Virus record (IMG/VR): IMGVR_UViG_3300027708_000019
Origin: a virus
Length of the DNA stretch: 64,000 nucleotides
Reading direction: 5' to 3' (one strand)
Shown in pieces: positions 11,601 through 20,800 of the stretch (position 1 is its first letter; every line of letters starts with the position of its first letter). The notes beneath the pieces are model-generated. The model made no database searches. It saw nothing but the letters and a program-made list of their open reading frames with translations, and was not told the origin of the DNA. Made by a program: the position numbers and the translations under genes.

Positions 11601-14184
11601 TTGTTCTAGATGGTGTACCAGTAATATTCGTTATGAATAAAATTTTACCATCGCCAAATGTCGCTGCAACTTGGAATGAACAGTCAGTACCAATTCCTGT
11701 AGCTACTGAAAAATACTGGTAAGTAGATGAATACTTTGTACCAGTGTTTAGTATTGTAACATTATAAGTTGGTGTGCCAGAAGGAACAGATGGCTGAACA
11801 ACTTCAATTAATGCTGTTGCGTTTACACCACCAGTATCGCTGTAGAATTCATTCGTATAGAATATATCATTGAAGTCATTAAATACGTTTGGTTTAAAAT
11901 CACCAACAGTTCTTGAAATAGTTTTAGGGAATGTGTCAGCAGCAGGAACAGTATCCGCTGGTAATCTTCTGTAAGTTACAGTTTTCGCAAAGGTATCAGC
12001 TGCTAATGCTCTTTCTGAATCAGCAGTATATGATGATGCGTATGATAGGTATTGGTCTTGATCAAATACAGCTGTAGTTGCGAAATTTGGATCAGTTGAT
12101 ATTACTGAAGAACTTTCGGCGAATGTTAAGTCAGCATAATCTGTCCAAATAGAATTGTTATAGTATGTTAAAGTTTTGTTTGCAACTTTAGTTACATATT
12201 TTGCTGGTGAGTCAACTGGCTGTATAAAATCAACCCACTGAGAACCATAGTACTGGCATAATTCAACAGATACATATATGTCGTTGAAATCGTACCAGCG
12301 ACTTTGGGCACTACCAGCAGTTTTAGATACTGTTTTAGGGAATGTCTCTGCTATCGCAGTAGTGTCATTGAACTGACGAATAAAGGAAACAAGTTTTCTA
12401 AACTGATCGTATACTTTAGATATGTTGGTTGGGTTGTGTCCAGGCGTAACTTCTGGATGGGTAAATCCAAAAGAAAATCGATCATTACCTTGTAAAGTAT
12501 CAGCAAGTTTCTTAGCAAAATACTTGGCAGTAATTTGATCAACTGCTCTTGATATGTCAGCTGGTCTTCTTCTTGCTGTTAATACCTTACTGAATACATC
12601 TGTTGCTCTTGATGTGTCAGCTTTAGTTCTGTTATAAGAAACAACTCTTAAGAATACTTCTTGTGCTTTTGCTACATCAGCAGGTAATCTTCTGAATGTT
12701 ACAACCTTACTGAATACATCAGTTGCTTTTTGTATTTCTGCTGGCGATCTTCTAGCAACCCATGCTCTTGTTAATGTATCAGTTGCTCTTGGTACATCAA
12801 AGAATGATCTTCTGTAATACTTAACAGTTGCAATAACATCAACAGAGTGTGTTGATGTAGCTGTTGAGTTTAAAGATTTATTAAATGAAACAAGTCGTGA
12901 GAATGAATCAGATGTGCGAGCAGTATCTGTTTTATTTGGACGGATGGCTTTAGCTGCTGCATCAACTGCTCTGTTCGTTTCAGCAAATGTGCCTTTACCA
13001 ATATATTTTGCTTTTGTATCAGTAAACGATGTTGTGTCATTCTTCGTTCTGTTAAACGAAACAACTTTACTAAAATTCTCAGCTAATGAGATTGCTTCGT
13101 TCTTAGGTCTATTGAATGTTACAACCTTGCGGAATGTATCAATAGTAGATTCGCTATCGCTGAATACTTTATGATATGATGCAACTCTTAAAACAGAATC
13201 AGCAGCAAGAGGTGTTTCTGTTCTTGGCTTACTTACTGTTTTCTTTCTACTCTCAACCAATGATGTAGTATCAGGAACAGATCTTACGAAGGAAACAATC
13301 TTAGAGAATGTATCGCCGATATGAGAAATGTCTAATCTAGAAGATGTGTTGTTCCAGTTTAGATTAGCATTATGTACGGCAGAAACAAAATCAATAATTC
13401 TCTTTGTCAACAACAATGTTCTGTTGTCGTTGGCTTTGAAGATTTCACTGGCAACTTTGCCGAAGTTTACTTTCTTTAAATCAGAGAAACTGACAGTTTG
13501 AGTTGATGGAGATTTAGATACCTGTTTAAAACGCGAATCAGCAGCACTAGCAGTTTCAGTTTTTGGTTTTGTTACACTTAATGCTTTTACATCTGCTGAA
13601 GAAAGTAATTCTGCTGGTAGTCTCTTAAAGGAAACAACTTTAGAAAAATTCTCAGCAAATTTGACAGTATCGTTTTTAGTTTTCTGAACACTCTTAACAG
13701 CAACATCAGTACCACGTGATGTGTCTGATTTAACTTTACCAATTAACTTGGTTCTAGTATCAGATAGGGAAAGGGTATCGTTCTTTGTTTTGTGGTAACT
13801 AACAACACGAACAACTGTTTCGTTAAGTGTAACGATTTGTTGATAGACTTTACCAAGACGTTTAGTGGAGATTGCGTCACTAGCATGGGCAGTTTGAATA
13901 GCTGCCTTTGTAGTTTTAAGAGTTGCCTTATCGACTGCGTGTCCAGATTCGATAAGACTTAGGATATGACTTAGTGCGTCGTAAACAACACTTAGTTTTG
14001 CTGCGCCAACAACTGCTTGAGCCATTGCTGCTCGAACAGCTTCTGCTGGCATAGCAACAACTTTTTTAACTTGATTGCGAATATCCTGTGCGGATATTGC
14101 TTTGTTTTCAGAAAGTGATGATGCCTTAACCTTTACAGGTTGATTCAATTTATCATTGTTATTTGAACCTTTGGCAGATGGCAT
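8662..14184 (-). CDS. Large repetitive virion-associated protein (1840 aa)
   Basis: Long ORF after a late promoter; ~20-aa basic repeats in the N-half, acidic/aromatic W.D(F/Y)...QDL.Q repeats in the C-half. Confidence 0.7.
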   Translation of the reverse strand: MPSAKGSNNNDKLNQPVKVKASSLSENKAISAQDIRNQVKKVVAMPAEAVRAAMAQAVVGAAKLSVVYDALSHILSLIESGHAVDKATLKTTKAAIQTAHASDAISTKRLGKVYQQIVTLNETVVRVVSYHKTKNDTLSLSDTRTKLIGKVKSDTSRGTDVAVKSVQKTKNDTVKFAENFSKVVSFKRLPAELLSSADVKALSVTKPKTETASAADSRFKQVSKSPSTQTVSFSDLKKVNFGKVASEIFKANDNRTLLLTKRIIDFVSAVHNANLNWNNTSSRLDISHIGDTFSKIVSFVRSVPDTTSLVESRKKTVSKPRTETPLAADSVLRVASYHKVFSDSESTIDTFRKVVTFNRPKNEAISLAENFSKVVSFNRTKNDTTSFTDTKAKYIGKGTFAETNRAVDAAAKAIRPNKTDTARTSDSFSRLVSFNKSLNSTATSTHSVDVIATVKYYRRSFFDVPRATDTLTRAWVARRSPAEIQKATDVFSKVVTFRRLPADVAKAQEVFLRVVSYNRTKADTSRATDVFSKVLTARRRPADISRAVDQITAKYFAKKLADTLQGNDRFSFGFTHPEVTPGHNPTNISKVYDQFRKLVSFIRQFNDTTAIAETFPKTVSKTAGSAQSRWYDFNDIYVSVELCQYYGSQWVDFIQPVDSPAKYVTKVANKTLTYYNNSIWTDYADLTFAESSSVISTDPNFATTAVFDQDQYLSYASSYTADSERALAADTFAKTVTYRRLPADTVPAADTFPKTISRTVGDFKPNVFNDFNDIFYTNEFYSDTGGVNATALIEVVQPSVPSGTPTYNVTILNTGTKYSSTYQYFSVATGIGTDCSFQVAATFGDGKILFITNITGTPSRTNTQSAYFTDHAQLTFGTTADQDLVQYDARTYTYPSSVTVDVGPKSYETKRNVVGQDLLFTLNPTASGDTAKYSDAVGKTVSKNATQYYYAQGWWTDFADLSFGSGNGLDQDLSLNLTKSTPETISVIGTTSIATVGFTKRNRDAVSLADIIPKSLSKPKEDTAGVTQTFAKKYNVSAGAYANRSWRSYDETSLAVLSDIELSYEGRYELIQLGETLPKTFSKKVVNLNYVWTDYNDLTFAATVDQDLVQTGFGFTTTTDYATLTHKTEISLAKPFAETLNAAETFPKTITKSGVGNTTLNDHLTYNPEYIPYLSLIDESLQGQYPNYKIDKSTVSDSKGAFISKVILGTGPIRKYVDTGMELTSFDDTVVTFGGISDIGNQVFPDVKFLDYFESFTVSEDLFTPSQYGSDSALSSDIFSRVFNSTRTFAETIHVADSLLLSKNGSVFFTLLRTNSDIAKSADLIHPFFITKAAGNVKSVYSTWQDFVELELATELAQYYYRGTDSTTDINRSVDVRTNQFNKKAGIVQNIWNTFDEEVYFIQDLVQVYPQDYVTEIISWTETSTKSFGKPRTDIITTPETFPKLITKPTVGNTTVNDHLIYNPEYIAFFSLIDESLQSQYPSYKIDKSTVNDAKGFNFSKQAGFDPVNRWLDTGLELTNFDETVQVFGSIGSDNSAFALPIFNKYLDDFIYSEFSDLFTTPYKTEIIQAVDVLTRVASFKRTSPEIVKSVELVQKLLSKGTKSESLALAELASKQYGKAAGKPQSIWSDFNEITIEQDLVQILPASSYEIIFPVETITKKIQPKKSEAILLGETIQFLPTKGFPHTLLASQTIGKSLSIAQVGNSTSTFWLDTYEILSYDETLLTYGYMKTIKFDNASYSDSTSRQWNRKPGSYSTRIWSDFNEFNPGYDIAQYYDPYTTELLNPVDTATKRLNKGITENPKSNDSGSVRNFNSGAYVIDTSPYFLEDYTADGVTTSTF

Positions 14185-14188
14185 TTTG

Positions 14189-14241
14189 ATTTGACATTAA
14201 TTCTGTAACCTTGTATAATTACAGTGTTGGGTTTCTAGTTA
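14189..14241 (+). repeat. Promoter-containing 53-bp element, copy 1 (TTGACA-17-TATAAT, antisense to late genes)
   Basis: ATTTGACATTAATT-N9-TGTATAAT-N4-GTGTTGGGTTTCTAGTTA, identical framework to 61901..61953 on the minus strand. Confidence 0.8.
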
Positions 14242-14250
14242 TCAAACCAA

Positions 14251-14258
14251 TATTTATA
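14251..14258 (-). promoter_or_regulatory. T4-type late promoter TATAAATA
   Basis: Exact motif upstream of the 14184 start. Confidence 0.7.
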
Positions 14259-14592
14259 CTTGCGTAATCTGCGGTGATACGATTATTACACCCTCAACTG
14301 GTCTGGTTCTGAAATTAGATGTATCAACCATTTCAATATCATATAGATATCTTCCTGATTTTAATGCACCTGTTTGTGCTGCGCTCAAAGATAATACCAC
14401 TTGACCAGTAGCTGGAAGTGGAATTGTGCATGTAAATGTAGTTGCAGTTGAAGAAGCAAAAGACTTTCTTAATTGGGATGTAAACGAATACCCAGTCAAA
14501 TTCAATGGCGTAATTCCATTGTCAGCATACAATGTGATTCCAGTTTGGAAGTCGGCTCCCTGATCAATATACAGTGTTTGAACTAATGCCAT
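14254..14592 (-). CDS. Small virion structural protein (112 aa)
   Basis: IDQGADF...LTGY...QLRKS...GRYLYDIE...VEG.I.VSP.IT pattern common in T4-like aquatic phage structural modules. Confidence 0.7.
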   Translation of the reverse strand: MALVQTLYIDQGADFQTGITLYADNGITPLNLTGYSFTSQLRKSFASSTATTFTCTIPLPATGQVVLSLSAAQTGALKSGRYLYDIEMVDTSNFRTRPVEGVIIVSPQITQV

Positions 14593-14817
14593 TTATTTTT
14601 TCTCTATTAAGTATCTAAGTAGATTTTTGATCTCAGCGATATCTTCTTTCATCGATTCAACTTCTTGTTCCAATGTCATTACTTGTTGACGTTTTGCCTC
14701 ATTAACAGAACGCTGGACAAGATATGCTTGATACGCATTATCATCATTATTTAGCACCACACCTGTCGCAAGGTTTTTTGTCAGGTGGGGTTCATCAGTT
14801 GGTACAATCTTATCCAT
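14593..14817 (-). CDS. Small conserved hypothetical protein with coiled-coil C-terminus (74 aa)
   Basis: Translationally coupled to flanking genes; L.K...TG..LN.D...Y..Y...R...LE.E...MK.DI.EIK.LL. Confidence 0.7.
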   Translation of the reverse strand: MDKIVPTDEPHLTKNLATGVVLNNDDNAYQAYLVQRSVNEAKRQQVMTLEQEVESMKEDIAEIKNLLRYLIEKK

Positions 14818-17800
14818 TATGCAGTTGCAATAATACGAAGATCTTTAATCTTTGGTACGTACGCAGGATTACGAGATCTCATTGTAATTTTAATAATAGC
14901 AGTATTGAACGGATCTAAGTTATCAACTGTAAACGAATGATCAATATACTCAGATGGATCATCAGTCGTTGTCAACTGTCCCTTACCAACAGCAAGAGGA
15001 TAGATACCACCATAAGTACTGCTATCACCACCAATCGAAGTATCTGGTAAGATACGGAAATATGATTTATCTTCAATAGATGCTTGATTCTTTTGGTTTA
15101 CGTCAGTTAGAGTATGATTCTCTTGAACCGAAGTTGCTGAGATATTAATCGCAGCATAGCCAGAAGTTCCTTTTTCAGTTTCAACCGCAGCAGTATATGA
15201 AGTTGCTAGTTTGATAGATGTTGTAGAAGCGAAGATAGCATAATATACAGTACCAGATTTTAAGTTGGTAATGACATTAGACTGAGCATTATACAACACA
15301 GCCGAACCAGTGTTCAAGTTATGTGCAATCGGGAAGTAGATAATATCATTTGTGCTATCTACACCATATGGGTTTGTACTAGCATTGTATTCATTAGACT
15401 GGAACTGTAGAGCAGAAGTTGATACAGCATTACCACCATTAGTTATCTTAGCATATACCTCAACTTCAGAAGCTGGAGGTGTAGTAAATGATAACAAGTT
15501 AGTCGCAGTTCTTGATGACAATGTTGGAACAACATCAGCTGTTACAGCTTGATTCAACTCAATCGTTGGGTTGAAGAAGGTAATAACAGAGTTGTTACTG
15601 TTAAAGTAGAAGAAGTTTGAGTAACCAATTGTTGAAATTTCATCAAGAGGTGACAGCTTCTCAACTGTAATAGATTTAGCATCTGTGTTAACACGAAGAA
15701 CACGACGAACTGTCATTGGTGCCCAAACGTAAGTAGCATCATTGTTAGCATAGTTAAGAATGTAACAATACATACCTTGCTTAATGTTTGTCAAGTCATC
15801 CACGAAGAATGTCATTGTGTTTGTTGTTGGGTCAATACCGCTTCGGACACCATTAAACAACGCAACAGGAACTGCTGTTGTTGCTTCAACGAAAGCACCA
15901 CTTGAATATGTACCAACTTTCTTAGTGAAGTAAGTATTCTTAGGTGCTTTAACAACATATGTATTAGAAGGAATTGGTGTTCCTGAACCACTAGTATTAT
16001 TATATGTTACATAATCGCCTACGTCAATTTGTTGAGTCTTATTCTGACCAGAGATATCGAAGCCAGTGAAGAAGTAAACAGTACCACTCGATGAAGAAGG
16101 AATAATAACTTTAATCGCTTTGTCGAATGTTACGTTTGTGCTAGAGATACCATTAACACGTGTACCTGTTTGGATACCTGGACCATAAACATACATACCA
16201 TCAACAATACCAGTTACTGATTGGAAACCAATTGTAGTTGTACCGATTGCGTAAGTTGTTGTAATAGCAGTACGTTGAGTAACCACATCTGGGTGCTCAG
16301 AAGTACGTGATCCAGATTTGATTTTAATTGGCAACGTAATAGATGGAGTTGACTTATCAATACCCATGTTTGATGGTACAGAAGCAGCGAACTGAATCTT
16401 TAACAGCTTAGATGTATTTTTAAACTGCAGTTTACGAGTAATATATCCCATCTGCGCACCACCTTGCTTGTTCTCATATTCTGAGAAGAAGATTTGTGAT
16501 CCATCAAACCCACCAGTTGCTGAGTAGTAGTTACTATTCGGACTCTTAGTTGTTACTGGATCATCAATACGGTTTTGTGTGGCAGCAAGAACAACACGAT
16601 CAATATCAACCATAGGAGAAACGAATTTACTCTTAGTCTGTAACTGTAGTCTTAACTCTAATGAATTTGCTCTGTCTAAAACATCAATTTCATTTTGTTT
16701 GTTTAAGATTACACGTTGACTTGGGAAGTAATTATTATCATTAAGAATAATATCATTCCAAGTATTGTCTTTCGTAAATGGAGTTTCTGATCCAGTTGGA
16801 CTTCTTCCTGATGTTGTTTTAATTTGACCAGTAACAGTAGTTGCTTCCAAATTCATCATAGCTACTGATGGGTGAAGAACTGTATATAACGCATTCATAG
16901 ATGCATACATTTGATCACCACCAAACTGACCAGATCCTGTTGCTAAGCGAGCAGAACCACTGGTATCATACAATCTAATACTGTATAAATCATGGCTGTA
17001 AACTTTATATACTTTGTGTTTTACAATTGTTCCAGTTGTAACATATGCAGCTGTTTTAATATCATACTGTGTTTCAGTATGAGTGCCTGTATTAAATAAA
17101 GCATTAGTAAAACCAAATGATTCAGAACCAGTTACATTTTGATATGTAACATAAGCACCAGCGATCATACCATGGTTTGGTTGACGAACAATAATTTCGC
17201 TCTTACCTAATGTACAACGGAATGGGTTTAATGCCAATTTTGTAAACTTAGATTGTCTACCAGAATTGGATAATGGTTTAATATCTTTCGGTTTCAAATA
17301 GATGAAACTTTCGCCAACAGTTGTTCCTAAAGCATCAACAGTTGTTCCGCTTGATGTTGTATTAAAGATAGCACGATAGATAACCATCTTCAAATCTTGG
17401 GTCGATGATTCGCTCCAAGTAGCAGAGTTTTGCGATCTAAACATAGATCCAGTAGCAGGATTCTTTAATACTTTTCCAAGTTTGTTGTTACTAATATCTG
17501 TTTTCTCAAGCGTAGCTGTATAAACTGAGTATGTTGGACTTAATGTTGACAATACAACACAATACATTTCGCCTTCTTTAACATATACTGGCGCATCAAA
17601 CCTTACTCTTGTACCAACAGTACCAGTTGTAGATGTAAGAATCTGTGATGGGTACAGATATTTCTGTCCGAATGGTAGAGTTGTTGTAGTTGGGTAACCA
17701 TTTTGCGTAGTGCGAATCTCAACAGCGATTGGAGCGATTGGATCTTTATTGGCAAAGAAAAGTTCAACATCAGTAACAAACGATCCTTGACTTGCATCAG

Positions 17801-20800
17801 CCATAGATGCAGCTGAAGAAACAATAAATGTTTGCGCCAACGGATCTTGTGATTGTGGAGGAGGTGGATCTGGAACATATGATGTTGATGTACTAGAAGC
17901 CAGCGTTTGTGTATATGAACGATCGCGAGTTACGTCGCCAACACCAACAGAAGCATTTCTTACGCCAACCACACCACCGCCACCAGCATCAATAATACCA
18001 ACAGCAGAATAAACTGCATCAGCATAACATGTTCTATCTACAATACCAGCCGATGATGCTGTATTTGTTATAGTATCTTGTAAAGAGAATGTTCTCTTAC
18101 CAGTTAAGAATTTTGGTGATGATTTATTGTTGATTGTTTGACCACTAGTAATCAACCATGTACCAGCAACACGACCAGTACCAGAAGTAATTAAATTACC
18201 TGGAGATGGTGCTTCAAAGTGACTAGATGCACGCAATGTTAATGTTAATACTCCACCATTTAATTTGTCACGTTTAATTGTACCAGATATCTGTTCACCT
18301 GCTTTAAATGTTCCACGAATATTTAAAACGTGTAAGCAATCAATAGAACCATCTGCGTTACCATTTTGTGTAGAAGTTGATTGTTCATGTAGAATAACAA
18401 TAGCAGTTGCACCAGAAACCATTCCTTTAATTACTTCACCTTTTGTGAATGCTTGAACTTCAGAATTCTTAGGAATAAGGTTTGTACCAACATCACCAAG
18501 AATAGTACTAGTTCCTGTCGTTACGATACTTGATGGTTGAATTACAGTTCCATTAAACACACTAGTAAATGAAGTAGTATAATTAAAATCACTGTTTGCT
18601 AAAGAACCAATAAATGTTCTTTCATAGTTAGAAGTAGATCCAGAAAACACATCATCAGTGTTGAATGTTAACCAAACATTTCGTTCAGTTGCTGACTTAC
18701 CAAATTGGAATGGAACTTCTGAGTAATCAAATCCGCGAGCAGCAAGATATAGTCTAGATGCTTGAGTACAATAATCAGTTACGTTTGTTGTATCACAGAA
18801 TGCATAAACTCTTGAACCACCCTTCAATCCATTCGCTACGAATGTTACTGGACGTGAACGAATATATGACTGTGATTGACGAGCAGTTAAGCGACCATTA
18901 ATTTGTGTAAGTCCAACACTTTCATTTAATGAAGTTGTTTTACCTTTTGCGCTCTCACTAACTTGTTGAGTTGTAACAGAAGTAGATGAGTAGTATGTAC
19001 CAGCACCACTTCTCCATGAACTATTGCTAACAGTAGTTACTGGGCGACCGAAACCACTAACTTGCCATTGATTCCAGATTGTGCCAAAATCAATACCAAG
19101 CGCATCCGCTTGAGCAGCAACGCTGTCGTATGTTCCATTTTCATTAATAACAAGTTCTTGAGGAATATCTGTTTCAACCCATGTATCGCCAGAAGGGAAT
19201 AGTGTAACAGTACCAGAAGAAGAACCAGTTAACAGAGCTGTAACTTGGACAGATTCTGTTGCATATGGTTGTTCCATAATGATAAGATCATTGTTCTCAC
19301 GAATTAGTGTTTCTTTTCTGAACAATTCTACAGAAGTTGCATTAGCACCTTTGTCAATAATTGTTTGAATTTCATTTTTATTTTTATAGAAGTACTCTGG
19401 TCCAGCATAGTATGGTAAAGTTGCGATATTGCCTGGATGAATTCTATAATTATATGTGTTGCGTTCAACAACAGATTGAGCAACCTCAACCATATCTACA
19501 CCAACTGTATAGAAAGCTGGACGTAAATTATTTTCTAAAATATCAATTGAACATTCGTAGTCAGGATTTGATACGTCACCAACTTTATGTCCTGTGAAGT
19601 TATCAACAACGAAACCATTCTTGAATCTATCTAAACCATCTTGGTCTTTAATTGAGAAGGTTGCTGTTGATCGCTCTAATGAATTTAATACGGTAGCATC
19701 TTCCAAGTTAGCAATACGTTTCTCTAACTTAGCAATATCTTTCATTGTGTAACGCTTGTTATCGATTGGCTTGATAAAGACGTTGCTTGAATTTACTTTG
19801 TATGTATATGGCTTGTATTCAACATCGAACAACTCCATAACATCATCAGGTAATTCTGGATATTGCGGATTTTCTGAAGATACACCTTGGATAACAACAA
19901 ACTGTCCTGATTTGTTTAAAACAATTTTATCTTTGCGTGGCAAATAGTAAGCGAAGTCGCATTGGAAACCATATTTTTGTTGCGGTAAAGCAGTTAAAGA
20001 AGCTGTACCACCATCAAATGTACCACCATCGTTTACACGTGGACGATAATCAAGCACATCGCGTAAACTTATTGTTCTACCAGTAACTTTACTGAAGTAG
20101 TTTGGAATTTCTTCATACAATAGATCTGGGTATGAGTCAGCTGAGAAGTAGTCACCACCACTGTGTTCAAAATATTCATAAGTAATACGGATTGGACCAG
20201 ATGGGAAAGCCACTGATTTACTCTTGATTAGTCGTGCAAGATCATAGTGAGTATCACGTTGACCATTGTCAAACTCATAGTTTGTTGTAATATCAACACC
20301 AGTTCCAGTAATTTGACCAGAAATATCATTACCGAAAATAACATTCGGGAACATTTCAATTTTAAGAATACGATATACGTCAGCTTTGTTAATTTTAATT
20401 GTATCTAATTCAATATTCTGCTGAATTGTAATATCTTGAGAAGCAGAAACAAGAGATTTAACTTTCTCTTTAGCATTAGTCAAACGCTTTAGTGTTGGAA
20501 TAAACACACTGTAAGAATCGTTTTGTAAATACGCTAAACTATTTGTACGACTTGCTGATGCATTTAAACGAATTGACGCTGTTGTCAATGTGTTTAATGT
20601 AATATCGTATGGGTTTACCAACTCACCAGTTGTGTTGTTAATAACAACATAAGCAGCAACATCGGTAATACGAATTTGATCAGGTTCAACTGAAGACACA
20701 TTTAATGTAACATATGTTCCATCTGAGGAACCACCAGTAACAACTGCCTTTTCCAGAGTTGTATATGTTGTATTATTGTCTTGAAGAGTTTCGCCACCAC

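Noticed and set aside
12500-13300. Periodic DNA repeats suggestive of a CRISPR array or DGR template
   Set aside because: Degenerate in-frame coding repeats; no identical direct repeats with spacers and no reverse transcriptase in the window
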